This document shows, piece by piece, positions 14,275-32,067 of a stretch of DNA of 64,000 nucleotides. The position numbers and the translations under genes were made by a program. Every line of letters starts with the position of its first letter. The stretch's first letter is position 1. The stretch is taken from assembly GCF_009914755.1 (NCBI RefSeq), contig NC_060947.1; one strand, given 5' to 3'. The stretch is from the human T2T-CHM13v2.0 reference genome, Homo sapiens. The notes below the pieces were generated by a model. It was not told where the DNA came from and ran no database searches. It was given only the letters and a program-made list of their open reading frames with translations.

Positions 14275-15701
14275 ATAAAACCCTCTTACTTGTTTTAATG
14301 CTCCAAGGTATTTCAGGCTGCAGATTTCCTCCAGTTGTTATTTCACAATATCAGTTAATCAAAGGGCATATTTAAAATTGTGATGTAGTGATGTTACTTT
14401 GAGAGGCCAACTAAGATATCAGAATGCAAATATTCTCAGGATATTAGAAATAAATTTTGAGTTAATTATTGTGCTAACTCCTTTAAATAAATTGCCATAC
14501 TATTTTACCTTTAGACTCTTGTACATCATTTTATAAAACTTTGCAAAACCATTGGTGTTTCATCCTTGAGTTATGGCCATTCAAGTTGAAGTTGACTACC
14601 ATCTTGTTTATATTGGAATTAAATTTTCTTTTAAATAAAACTATGACATAATGATCCATCTGTTTAAAAAATATAGAACAACGTTTTTATACTAGCAATT
14701 TGTTTGATTGACTTATTATCCCTTCCTAGAAAATAATATTGTGTTTAAAACAGAGAAAGCCTCACAATAATTAAAGGTCAGCAAACCAGGAATCTAAAGA
14801 CAAGTTCTGGGCTTGACTCAGGTCTAAAGATTAGGTCACAGCTGTGTATATATATGGGCAATTGATCTAATCTCTTTATTTCACTTTTCTTGCTTGACCA
14901 ACCCCAAAGCATAAAGCACTAGATAAATGCAAGTTATCATTATTATAGAAAAATATTTACCCTGATTATCCCCTCATAAATGCAAACTTTGCAACAATAT
15001 GCCTACCATAACTGTCAAGGGCAGAAAAACACTTTCTTTCTATAATATACTCTATGAGATTCTCTGCTCCAACCAGGCTTTTGCCCAACTGCAGCAGCCT
15101 TTCAGCAGAAGTTGGCACCTTTCCAGGTTGCTCTGGCAGTTGCCACATTAGGTACTGAACAGTGACAGCTGCATACTTGGGAGACTACCTGAGCACAGAT
15201 GCTTCTAGCCTTTCACCTCCAAAAAGGAGCCATGTAGTTCACATTGAACATATACATTGCTGATGAGCGGAGAGCAGGAGAAGAAGAGGAGGAGGAAGAG
15301 AAAAACATGACAAAAAATTCTCCTTCTCATAGAGTCATAGAATTTTAGTAATGGAAAGGAACTTAAAGGTCATCTTGTGTAATCACGCATTCCTTTTCCT
15401 CATTCTACCCAGCACCTTTATAGACCTAAGGAGATTTTCCTCTATGTTTTATAAATTGCATAGAGACAAAAAAGAAAAAGTATATGTGATTCAGTTGTCA
15501 GTGAAAAAGATACTGCTCATGAACTTTCTAAACTGTGCACCCACCTATATCAGAAATAAATGATGGAAACAAAATATAAACAATTAAAATGTCATTATCA
15601 CAGCTCTTAGAAACAAATGGGTAAAATATGGAAGTGAGTGAAAATAAAACCTGGACTCCAGTGAATCTCTGCAATTGGTGTATTATTGATTTCAGTAGCA
15701 A

Positions 15702-16268
15702 TATTATTTATCTATTGCTGTGTAATGAATTACCCTAAAACTTAGAGGCTTATACAGTCAACTGTAACACAAATAACAATCATTTGTGTTATGGTTTTTG
15801 TGGGTCTGGAATCTGAGCATAGTTTAGCTGAAAGCCTCTGACTCAGAGATTTTTACAAGGTTGCATTCAAAATGTTGGCAGCTGCTGTCATCTCAGAGCT
15901 CAACTTGGGAATGACTTGCTTCCAGCTTCTCTCACATGGTTCCTGGCAGGCCTCAGATTCTGCCTGGCTGTTGGCTAGAGATATCAGTTTATTGCCATGT
16001 GGGCCTCTCCATAGGGATGCTCACGATATGATAGCTGGCTTCCCTCAGAGCATGTGAGTGAGATGAAAGAGAAGGTGTACAAGATGGAAGCCACAGTTTC
16101 TTTGTAACCTAATTTTGGAAGTGACATTCCATTGCTATTGCTGTATCCTGTTTGTTAGAAGCAAGTTATGAATTCCAGCCCACATTCAAGGGGAGGAGAG
16201 TAGACACAAAGATGTGTATACCAGGAGGTGGAGATCATTGAGGGCCTTCTTAGAAGCTGCCTACTATA
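15702..16268 (-). mobile_element. MLT1 (MaLR) solo LTR
   Basis: tctattgctgtgtaatgaattaccctaaaacttag...caagatggaagccacag...gctgcctactata. Confidence 0.8.
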
Positions 16269-17259
16269 GTAGCCTTTTTAATTCTATCATTTTAAAATGA
16301 GGAGGACAAGCAATTTGAAAATGTTTTACTATGACTAATTCAACATCGTAAATTCTAGTACATACAATATGGTTTGTTGAGAGTAAGCATATTCAAATTA
16401 ATTAGCTGAATAAGTTTTTTTTGGTGTTTCCATATAGTTTATATAGATTATTAAAATTAAATATTGAGAATTCCAGTTCCAGCTAGTCCTTACTAAACCT
16501 CCCCCTTACAGCTAAGAAGGCAAATTGGCTAGGGATCTTGAGGAATAACTGGTGGTGAGTTAATGAGTTCTTCTAGAGCTTTAGGATGCATATATGAAGA
16601 GCAGACTTCATTATAGAGTACAGAAATTTGGAATGTATTACTCTTTTGGCCCACATGACATTTCTTGGAAAATTATTTTTTTAAAAAAAGTATAACTTTG
16701 GTATGATATTGTTTACTGGTTATCTCTTTAAAAAAATATATCCAGTACATAAAATGAACTGAGGGTACTTTCTGTTTAATTGAACCTGCAAGTTACTTGA
16801 TTTGAATGAATATGAACATATTCTTTAATTGTAATTTATTCTTTATTCCCTCTTCTATATTGTATGTCTTTATTTAGTAACATTGTAAAGCCAAGATATC
16901 ATAATATGAGATGTAAAATTTTATAATATCTCTTTTGAAGCTCCATTATCTAACAGTATGATGCTATCTCTAAAAACATTTTTATTCAGATAAAGTTTCT
17001 TAATATGTTTTAGGCAATAGTAAAATCTTGCTATGTTAGATATATTTATATTTTGTTGACAATATTGCATAAGTTTTTGTTTGGAATAAAAATTATAATG
17101 TCTCTAATTTATCGAAATTCGATTTATCTACAGGTGTGTGACTCATTTGTAGGTAAATGAGTTTATTGTGAATAATTGCAAAGACTAATCCATGTGTGAA
17201 AATAGTCATACTAGCTTCCTATTATGTTAAAATTTTACAAAAAAGCTCATATTTTTTCA

Positions 17260-17475
17260 AGCTAACATATATCAAGTATTTACCATATGTCAAACACTAG
17301 GCTAAGGACTTTAAATGCATTATCTCATTAATGTTCACATTGCCCTATGAGGCAAGACCTATTTATATCCCTATTTACTGGTGAAGAAATTGAGGCTAAT
17401 GAAGATTACAGAGTCAGAATTTAAACCTAGGTCTTGGTGATATGAAAATTCCTGCTCTTAACCACCATGTAATAC
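17260..17475 (-). mobile_element. MIR
   Basis: gcattatctcattaatg...gaagaaattgaggct...gctcttaaccacc. Confidence 0.72.
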
Positions 17476-18134
17476 TGACTTTCCCATTCGTATAAATGAC
17501 TTTGTATGTTGTAGATCAGTCCAATTTGACTTCGGTTGTTTCAATAACAGGTATTTGCAAAGCTGCTCATGCTTTGGCTATTGTATGGCTGGGGGTTTGC
17601 TTGCTTGTTAGTTTGCTTAATTGCTCATTTGTGATTGGTTATACCGTGTGTAACTTTCTCACTATTCATGCTTGATCTCCAGTAGGTCTTTTTCTCTTAG
17701 TGCAGAATTAAATGCCTAGAGTTTGTATGAAAAATTTTCTCCACTCTTTCCTTTCTGTATTCAAGATTCCATGTAACACCTAAATGTGAAGTGAAACTGA
17801 AAACAAAGCATTTAAAAATTTGGAGATTCCTAAATATCTAGAAATCCGATGTTGTTTAGCCAAACATCTGGGCGTTTGAATATTTCAGCTTCCAACCACA
17901 TGCCTGGCAATCTGCAGAGATAGCCTGATGTTGATAAGCCTTAGAACTTCTTAGGCTTACTTTAGTACCATCTACTCTCCTCCAATTCCAGGTCGAAATG
18001 TATGAATCAGAATAATTCAGAGGATTGCTCTTTCTTTTTGATTTACCTGGAAGATTTTATGTCTTTCTTATAAATTAAAATAAAAATATTATCAGTCCGG
18101 TTTTGACTTTTCCATTAAAATCTCCTGTGGGTTT

Positions 18135-20988
18135 TTCCCCCAAAGATGGCAGATTCAAGGCAGTGTTCGCATGCCTCTCCCACTTGAAAACACAAAATAG
18201 TGTGTAGATATTCACCTTGTGAACTTTTTCACCCAAGAAACAATGCAGGAACTTAATGGGAAAACTAAAATCCATAGATTATTTGAAAGAAGCAGCAGGC
18301 TGCCACCTACACCGTGAGCCAGGTGAAAAACTGTTAAGTCCCCAGAATGTGAGAGGAGAGACACCGCCTGCAGAATATACACCCCCACTGGGGAAAATGG
18401 AAATCCAGACCACAGGGGAAGGCCTTAACCCTACGCTGTGCCAGAACTGAGTAAGAGAGTGGTGAGAAATATAAAAGTAGGAATGGCGGTGGGAAGAGCC
18501 TTGCATGCATTCCCATCTTCAGCATGGTCCAAGAAAGCCATTCCTTATCCTGCCTCACAAGAGACGTCACAGAAATCTGCCAACTAACTCAGGCAGTGGT
18601 CACAGGTTGAAAGAAGCTCCCAACTTAATTTTATGCTGTAACCTTTAGTGGGGCAGAAGCCCCTTCACCAGAACCAGGAGGTGAGTGGGAAGCGTGCTGC
18701 AGCCACAAGTGCAGGAGCTGGGTGCCCTGGCTGTGCCAGCAGACTGGGAGAGGTGTGGCCTGAATGCAGTGGTTTCTGTCTCCATGGGGAAAGCTTATGA
18801 CCTGGGGCAGTTTTAAGTTTTGAGTGTAGACAACCTGGAACTTAGCTTGCTGTGGGTAGTGGAAAACTGCATGTGGGAGATCTGCCTTGCTAAGTGCGTG
18901 GAAGCTGGGTGGGACTTATTACCACCTGGTACTCGCCACTCCCTGCCTGAACTCTTCTGTGCAGCAGAGAGTTATGGTCCTCTGTGCAACATTACCCCAG
19001 TGGCCAGAAACTGCTCCCCCTGACTTTCACAGGGGCCATTCCTTGCTCTACACATGGAGAGTCTGAGCAGGGACCTGCCTGACCCAACCCCAACCTGGCT
19101 TTGCCCTTCCACTGCCCCCACCCCCGGTAGCTTAACATGAAGGACAGAAACTTTTGGGAGATTTATAGCCCTGCCTATCACCTGAGAAACCAGAGTATTG
19201 CCCCTGGGTACCATAAGGCAAGCATAAATTCCACTGCTACTACCACAGCTACTGCTCTTTTGAAAGTGTCACCTCCTGGCTGAGGGTCAGCCAACACAGT
19301 CCATTACAGCATCTCCAGGTAGAATAGCACTGAGCCCAGGAAGGAGAAATCGTGTACATGACCTTAGCTATTACCATATCCTGCACCACCGTGGCTAAAC
19401 AGGAGGTACTGAGTCTGTCCATGTAACTTGTTAATTACTACTATAAGTGGTATTTGAGAAAGCCAACACACTAAGGCTATCTATAACCAAGGAATCTCAC
19501 AGAGTCTACACCACTTTCTTGCTACTATCATTAGAGCTTGTGCTGGTACCTGATACTGGGAGACTGGAGGACATGTAACATCTCTGAATCCTTTGCAGAC
19601 ATCCTCTAGCACCAGCCTGGAGTGTGGCAGCTACACCACTGGGTGACCAGACCGAAAGGAGAAACAGCATTCAAAGTAGTCTGGCTCCCAGGTATTCTAC
19701 TCCTAGGGAGAAAGGGAAGTTTACCACATCAAGGGAACACCCCATGGGAAAAAAGAACCTGGACAGCAGGCCTTGAGTCTCAGATCTTTCGGCTGGTGGA
19801 AGGTTTCTTTCAGCAGAGGCATAGTTGCAGTGCTGGGCTTATCAGGGAAAGACTGCAGCTTTACCCCAACAGTCAGGCATCCCTGGTGCTCCTGAAGGGT
19901 CTTGGAGAACAGGACTTCTTTATCCCCTCGTCTACTACTGCAGACATAGCTGGGGCTTTTCCCATGAAAGCTTGGTGTGGGTGCACCTATAGACAGCTTC
20001 TTTAGAACACTTCAAGGTGACTGCAACCCCACAGGAAGAGCACCCTCCAGGTGCAGGCTTGCATGAGAGGTAAAGTCACAATTCTTCTCTACTTGGAACA
20101 TCAACATTTCTGTGTATAAAAGAGATGCCTGTATGCCTTGAATAGCTGCAGCATGGGGACAGGAGTGTGTCTGGGAGGTGGATAGCTTCTCTGCTGGCTT
20201 GTCAAAATAGGTGAGGAAGCTCTGGCCATTCTTTCTGATAAGACCTCAGTGCATTTCACTGAAAGCTTTCCCAGCCACCTCTGTCGAGACCAGGACCTCT
20301 TCCCACCATTTGATATTGCATTTACCCACCTGCTTTAGCCACAGCCAATTTATAACTGTGGACACTTCCACTATTGGCCTGAAGCTTAAACTATTCAACC
20401 CAGTAAATAAAATACTGAGGAATATCTAAATAAATAAATACACACCATGGGAGAAAGAGATGTTTCAAGAGACCTCTACCATTTATACACCATAGGAGAC
20501 AGTGAACATGCTTAAACACCAAGCACATAGCTATTAGAACCAGCATCTGAGGAAATCATTATAGAGACTCTCTCTAACCAAGGAACTCATACAGTCTTTA
20601 CCCTTCAAAGCACCAAGAGCCAAATTAGGCTACAATAAACTGTAAATATTAAAGTTGCATCCTTAAGGGTGGGGGGAAAAATTAAAAAAAAACAGTGAAA
20701 TAAAAAATAAATTCAAGAATAACTGAAAAAAATAGTCTACCCAAATGAGAAGAAACCAGTAAAATAGTTTAGGGAATATGGCAAAATGGTTCTATAACAC
20801 CCCCAAAAGATCACACTAGCCCTCCAGCAATGGATTTAAACTAGGACAAAATCTTTGAAATAACAGATTAAAAAAATTCAAAAGATTGATTATTAAGCTA
20901 CTGAAAAAGATGCCAGAGAAAGATGAAAACCAACATAAAATTTTTTAAAAAAATTTAAGATATGAATTTAAAATTTTCTAAAGACATA
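18135..20988 (+). mobile_element. Old L1 (L1PB/L1MA-type) 5'UTR and ORF1 start; resumes at 32068
   Basis: Begins aagatggcagat; long GC-richer UTR; ORF1-like atgagaagaaaccag at ~20745; cut by THE1 insertion. Confidence 0.8.
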
Positions 20989-21574
<586 letters not shown>

Positions 21575-22797
21575 CCCAAATCTCATGTTGTTTTCATATT
21601 TCAAAACCAATCATGCCTTCCCAACAGTCCCCCAGTCTTAACTTATTCCAGCATTAACTCAAAAGTCCATGTTTAAAGTATCATCTGAGACAAGGCAAGT
21701 CACTTGTTCCTATGAGCCTGTAAAATCAAAAGCAAGTTAGTTACTTCCAAGAATCACTGAGAGTACAGGAATTAGATAAATGTTCCCATTTCAATTGGAA
21801 GAACTTGGCCAAAACTAAGGAGCTAGAGAGGTCCCATGCAAGTCCAAAATGCAGCCAGGCAGTCATTAAATCTTAAAGCTCCAAAATTTCCTTTGATTCC
21901 ATGTCTCATATCCAAGGCATGCTGATGCAAGGGGTGGGCTCCCACGGCCTTGGGCAGCTCCACCCCTGTGGCTTTGCAGGCTACAGTCCCTGCAGCCACC
22001 TTTACAGGCTGGCATTGAGTGCATGGGGCTTTTCCAGGTGCATGGTGCAAGCTGTTGGTGGATCTACCATTCTGGAGTCGGGAGGATGGTGGCTTTCTTT
22101 TCACAGCTCTACTAGGCAGTGCCCCAGTGAGGACTCTGTGTGAGTGCTCCAGCCCCATATTTTCCTTCCTTACTGCCCTAGCAGAGGTTTTCCATTAGGG
22201 CTCCACCTCTGCATCAGATTTCTGCCTGGAGATCCAGGTGTTTCCATATATCCTCTGAAATCTAGGCGGAGGTTCCCAAACCTTATCTCTTGTCTTCTGC
22301 ACACCTGCAGGCCCAACACCATATGGAAGCCACCAAGGCCTGTGGCTTGCACTCTCTGAAAAAATTGCCTAAGCTGTACCTTGGCCCCTTTTAGCCACAG
22401 CTGGAACTGAAGCAGCTGAGATGCAGGGTGCCATGTTCCAGGGCTGCACAGAGCAGCGAGGCTCTGGGCACAGCCCATGAAACCATTGTTCCCTCCTAGG
22501 TCTCTGGGCATGTGATGGGAGGGGCTGCTGTGAAGATCTCTGACATGCCTTGGAGACATTTTCCCCATTGTGTTGGCTATTAACATTTGGCTCCTTGTTA
22601 CTTATGCAACTTTCTGCAGCAGGCTTGAATTCCTTTCCAGAAAATGAGTTTTTCTTTTCTACCTCATGGTCAGGCTACAAATTTTCCTAACTTTTATGCC
22701 CTGCTTCCCTTTTAAACATACAACCATCTCTTTGTTAATGCATGTAACTGAATGCTTTCAGAATAAGTCATGTCACCTCTTGAATGCCTTGCTGCTT
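21575..22797 (-). mobile_element. MaLR internal sequence (THE1/MST-int), inverted relative to flanking LTRs
   Basis: Reverse-complement homology to 30560-31690 (gagacaaggcaagtc, gccttggagacattttccccattg). Confidence 0.88.
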
Positions 22798-22868
22798 GTA
22801 GTGAGCTGAGATCATGCCACTGAACTCCAGCCTGAGTGACAGAGCGAGATTCCATCTCAAAAAAAAAA
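22798..22868 (+). mobile_element. Alu 3' fragment
   Basis: gtgagctgagatcatgccactg...ccatctcaaaaaaa. Confidence 0.85.
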
Positions 22869-22879
22869 CTATTAAAAAA

Positions 22880-23341
22880 AATCTGGATTCATTGATATTT
22901 TGAATGGGTTTTTTTGTGTCTTGATATCCTTCAGTGTAGCTATGATTTTGGTCATTTCTTGTCTCCTGCTAGATTGGGGGTTAATTTGTTCTTGCTTCTC
23001 TAATTCTTTCAGTTGTGAATTTAAGTTTTTAACTTGGGATATTTCTAACTTTTTGATGTGGGCATTTAGTGCTATGAACTTCTCTCTTAAAACTGCCTTA
23101 GCTGTGTCCCAGAGATTCTGAAATGTTGTATCTTTGTTCTCATTAATTTCAAAGAACTATTTGATTTGGTGTCCTAATTTTGTTCTTTACCCAAAAATCA
23201 TTCTGGAGTATGTTGTTTAATTTTCATGTAATTGCATTGTTTTGAGGAATTGTCTTAGTCTTCACTTCTACTGTTATTGCTCAGCAGTCCAATACTATGT
23301 TTGGTATAATTATGACTGTTTTAAATTTGCTGAGGATTATT
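22880..23341 (-). mobile_element. Old L1 ORF2 fragment (continues 29536-29770)
   Basis: ctggattcattgat...gctgtgtcccagagattctg; interrupted by full-length L1PA. Confidence 0.85.
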
Positions 23342-23611
23342 ATTTTTTTAACTTGCCAACATTAACACATTTATTTATTTGTTTATTATTATTATTTTTT
23401 ATTATACTTTAAGTTCTAGGGTACATGTGCACAACATGCAGGTTTGTTACATATGTATACATGTGCCAGGTTGGTGTGCTGCACCCATTAACTCATCATT
23501 TACATTAGGTATATCTCCTAATGCTATCCCTCAGCCCTCTCCACTCCCCTCACCCCACAACCGGCCCCAGTGTGTGATGTTCCCCTTCCTGTGTCCAAGT
23601 GATCTCATTGT

Positions 23612-27440
<3,829 letters not shown>

Positions 27441-27503
27441 TATGATGTTAGCTGGTTATTTTGTCCATTAGTTGATGCAGTTTCTTCCTAGCATTGATAG
27501 TCT

Positions 27504-28524
27504 TTACAATTTGGCATGTTTTTGTAGTGGCTGGTACCGATTGTTCCTTTCCATGTCTAGTGCTTCCTTCACGAGCTCTTGTAAGCCTGGCCTGGTGGTG
27601 ACAAAATCTCTCAGCATTTGCTTGTTTGTAAAGTATTTTATTTCTCCTTCACTTATGAAGCTTAGTTTGGCTGGATATGAAATTCTGGGTTGAAAATTCT
27701 TTTCTTTAAGAATGTTGAATATTGGCCCCCACTCTCTTCTGGCTTGTAGAGTTTCTGCCGAGAGATCCGCTGTTAGTCTGAGGGGCTTCTCTTTGTGGGT
27801 AACCCGACCTTTCTCTCTGGCTGCCCTTAACATTTTTTCCTTCATTTCAACTTTGGTGAATCTGACAGTTATGTGTCTTGGAGTTACTCTTCTGGAGGAT
27901 TATCTTTGTTGTGTTCTCTGTATTTTCTCGATTTGAATGTTGGCCTGCCCTGCCAGGTTGAGGAAGTTCTCGTGGATAATATCCTGTAGAGTGTTTTCCA
28001 ACTTGGTTCCATTCTTGCCATCACTTTCAGGTATACCAATCAGACATAGATTTGGTCTTTTCACGTAGTCCCATATTTCTTGGAGGCATTGTTCTTTCTT
28101 TTTACTCTTTTTTCTCTAAACTTCTCTTCTCACTTCATTTCATTCATTTGATCTTCAGTCACTGATACCCTTCCACTTGATCAATTCGGCTACTGAAGCT
28201 TGTGCATTCGTCAGATAGTTCTTGTGCCACGGTTTTCAGCCCCATCAAGTCATTTAAGGTCTTCTCTACGCTGTTTATTCTAGTTAGCAATTCGTCTAAT
28301 CTTTTTTCATGGTTTTTAGCTTCTTTGCTATGGGTTCAAACATCCTCCTTTAGCTCAGGGAAGTTTCTTATTCCTGATCGTCTGAAGCCTTGTTCTCTCA
28401 ACTCGTCAAAGTCAGTCTCCATCCAGCTTTGTTCCATTGCTAGTGAGGAGCTGCATTCCTTTGGAAGAGAAGAGGCACTCTGATTTTTAGAATTTTAAGC
28501 TTTTCTGCTCTGTTTTCTCCCCAT
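27504..28524 (-). pseudogene. Disrupted L1 ORF1
   Basis: C-terminal MKEKMLRAAREKG...YPAKLSF...QKHAKL; ATG at 28524 followed by stops. Confidence 0.9.
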
Positions 28525-29535
28525 CTTTGTGGTTTTATCTACCTTTGGTCTTTGATGATGGTGACATAGAGATAGGGTTTTGGTGTGGATGTCCTTTCTG
28601 TTTGTTAGTTTTCCTTCTAACAGTCAGTTCCCTCAGCTGCAGTTCTGTTGGAGTTTGCTGGAGGTCCACTCCCATCTCTGTTTTCCTGGGTATCACCAGT
28701 GGAGGCTGCAGAACAGCAAATATTGCAGAACGTCAAATGTTGCTGCCTGATCCTTCCTCTGGAAGCTTCATCTCAGATGTGCACCTGGCTGTATGAAGTG
28801 TCCATCGGCCACTCCTGGGAGGTGCCTCCCAGTTAGGCTACTCAGGGATCAGGGACCCACTTGAGGAGGCAGTCTGTCCATTCTCAGATCTGAAACTCCA
28901 CACCGGGAGGACCACTACTCTCTTTAAAGCTGTCAGCCAGGGACATTTAAGTCTGCAGAAGTTTCTGCTGCCTTTTGTTCAGTTATGCCCTGCTCCCAGA
29001 GGTGGATTCTACAGAGGCAGGCAGGCCTCCTTGAGCTGCGGTGGGCTTCACCCAGTTTGAGCTTCCTAGCTGCTTTGTTTACCTACTCAAACCTCAGCAA
29101 TGGTGGACGCCCCTCCCCTAGCCTCGCTCCTGCCTTGCAGTTCGATCCCAGACTGCTGTGCTAGCAGTGAGTGAGGCTCCCTGGGCGTGGGACTCTCTGA
29201 GCCATGCGTGGGATATAATCTCCTGGTGTGCCACTTGCTAAGACCTTTGGAAAAGCACAGTAATAGGGTGGCAGTGTCCCAATTTTCCAGGTATCGTCTG
29301 TCATGGCTTTCCTTGGCTAGGAAAGGGAATTCCCTGACCCCTTGCACTTCCCAGGTGAGGCGATGCCCCATCCTACTTTGGCTCACACTCCATGGGCTGC
29401 ACTCACTGTCTGACAAGCCCCAGTGAGATGAACCCAGTAACTCAGTTGGAAATGCAGAAATCACCTGTCTTCTTCATCGCTCACACTAAGCACTGGAGCC
29501 TGGAGCTCTTCCTATTTGGCCATCTTGGAACCTCC

Positions 29536-29770
29536 TGCTGAGGATTATTTTATGTCCAATTATGTAGTAGAATTCAGAATGTGTGCCATATGTCAATGAG
29601 AATAATGCATATTCTCTTGTTTTGGGATAAAGATGTTTATCAGATCATTTTGGTCCAATATTGAGTTCAGGTCCTAAATATTTCCTTTAATTTTCTACCT
29701 TGATAATCTGTCTGATACCATCAGTGGAGTGTTACAGTTCTCCACTATTTTTGTGTGAAAGTCTACATCT
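29536..29770 (-). mobile_element. Old L1 ORF2 EN fragment, continuation of 22880-23341
   Basis: gagttcaggtcctaaatatt; colinear across the TSD. Confidence 0.82.
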
Positions 29771-32067
29771 GTGTTATAGTTTGGCTTTGTCCCCACCCAA
29801 ACCTCATCTTGAATTGTAGATCCCATAATTCCACATGTTGTGGGAGGGACCCAGTGGGAGATAACTGAATCATGGGGGCAGTTGCCCTTATACTGTTCTC
29901 ATAGTAGTGAATAAGTCTCATGAGATCTGATGGTTTTATAAGGTGTTTCACTTTTCACTTGGCTCTCATTCTCTCTTTCCTCCCACCATGTAAGACATAC
30001 CTTTGTTCTTTTCTCACCTTCCACCATGATTGTGAGGCCTCCCCAGCTATGTGAAACTGTGAGTCAACTCTTTTTTTTATATAAATTACTCAATCTCAGG
30101 TATCTCTTTATTAGAAGCATGAGTATGGATTAATACAGTAAATTGGTACCAAGTAGTGGGGAACTGCTGTAAAGATACTAAAAAATGTGGAGGTGACTTT
30201 GAAACTGGGTAACAGGCAGAGCTTGGGACAGTTTGGAGGGCTCAGAAGAAGATAAGAAAAGTGGGAAAGTTTGGAACTTCCTAGAGACTTGGAGGGCTCA
30301 GAAACAGAAAGATGTGGGAGAGTATGGAACTTCCTGGAGACTTGTTGAATGGCTTTGACCAAAATGCTGATAGTGATATGGACAATAAGGTCTAGGCTGA
30401 GGTGGACTCAGATGGAGATGAGGAATGTATTGGGAACTCGAGTAAAGGTCACTTTTGCTATGCAAAGAAACTGGCAATATTTTGCCCCTACCCTAGAGAT
30501 CTGTGGAACTTTGAACTTGAGAGAGATAATTTAGGGTATCTGATGTAAGAAATTTCTAAGTGACAACGTGTTCAAGAGGAAGTAGAGCATCACAGTTTGG
30601 AAAATGGGCAGCCTGGCCATGTGGTAGGAAAGAAAAACCCATCTTTTGGGGAAAAATTCAAGCCAGCTGCAGAAATTTGCATAAGTAATGAGAAACCCAA
30701 GGTTAATCACCAAGACAATGAGGAATGTGTCTCCAGGGCATGTCAGAGATCTTTATGACAGCAACTCCCATCACATGTCAGGAGGGGTAGGAGGAAAAAA
30801 TGGTTTCATGGGTCAGGCCCAGGACACCCCTGATGTGTGCCTAGAGACTTGGTGCCCTGAGTCCCAGCTGCTCCAGCTATGGCTGAAAGAAGCCAAGATA
30901 CAGCTCAGGCTATTCCTCCAGAAGGTGTAAGCCCCAAGCCTTGTCAGCTTCCATGTAGTGTTGAGCCTTTGGTGCACAGAAATCAAAAATTGAAGTTTGG
31001 GAACCTCTACCTAGATTTCAGAGGATGTATGGAAATGCCTGGATACCCAGGAAAGTATGTTGCAGGGGTGGGCCCTCATGGAGAACCTCTGCTAGGGCAG
31101 TGCAGAAGGAAAATGTGGGGTTGAACCCCCAACACAGAGTCCCCAACTGGGGCATTGCCAAGTGGAGCTATGAGAAGATGGCCATCATCCTCCAGACCCC
31201 ACAATGGTAGATCCACCTACAGCTTGCACTGTGCACCTAAAAAGCCAAAGACACTCAACACCAGCATGTGAAAGCACTCAGGAGTGGGGATGTACCCTGT
31301 GAAGCCAGGGTTGTGGCAGCCTACCTCTTGCATCAGCATGCCCTGGATATGAGATATGGAGTAAAAGGAGATTACTTTGGAACTTTAAGGTTTACTGACT
31401 GTCATATTGATTTGCATACATGCATGGGGCCTGTGGTCCCTATATTTTGACAAATTTCTTCCATTAGGAATGGGTGTATTTACCCAATGCCTGTATCCTC
31501 ATTGTATCTAGGAAGTAACTAACTTGATTTTGATTTTACAGGCTCACAGGTGGAAGGGACTTGCCTTGTCTCAGATGAGACTTTGGACTGTGCAGTTTTG
31601 AATAAATGCTGAAATGAGTTAAGACTTTCGGGGACTGTTGGGAAGACATGATTGGTTTTGAAATGTGAGGACATGATATTTGGGAGGGGCCAGGGGTGGA
31701 ATGATATGGTTTGGCTGTGTCCTCACCCAAATCTCATCTTGAACTGTAGCTCTCATAATCCCCACATGTCATGGGAAAACCCCAGTGGGAGGTAATTGAA
31801 TCATGGGGGTGGGTTTTTTCCCATGCTGTTTTCTTGATAGTGAATAAGTCTTATGAGATCTGATGGTTTTATAAAGAGAAGTTCCCCTGCACATGCTCTC
31901 TTGCCTGCCACCATGTAATACATGCCTTTGCTCCTCCTCCACCTTCTGCCATAATTGTGAAGCTTCCCCAGCCATGAGAACTGTGAGTACATTAAACCTA
32001 TTTTTCTTTATAAATTACCCAATCTCAGGTATTGTCTTTATTAGCAGCATGAGAACAAACCAATACA
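29771..32067 (+). mobile_element. THE1 provirus-like unit: LTR 29771-30137, internal 30138-31701, THE1C LTR 31702-32067
   Basis: LTR ends ...taataca|gtaaattggtacc; purine tract ggaggggccaggggtggaa|tgatatgg; duplicated gagggctcagaa motif in the internal region. Confidence 0.93.

Noticed and set aside
15295-15320. gaaaaacatgacaaaa matching the reverse complement of ~3907-3923
   Set aside because: Short A-rich match with no extension; likely coincidence
18256-20429. Dense ORFs in a GC-richer stretch suggesting a gene or CpG island
   Set aside because: Lies in an old L1 5'UTR; CpG-depleted, no recognisable protein
21823-22586. ORFs in MaLR internal regions (also 30111-31450)
   Set aside because: Degenerate THE1/MST internal sequence with no intact ORF
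30230-30345. Tandem duplication in THE1 internal region
   Set aside because: As recalled, part of the THE1C-int consensus rather than a locus-specific event
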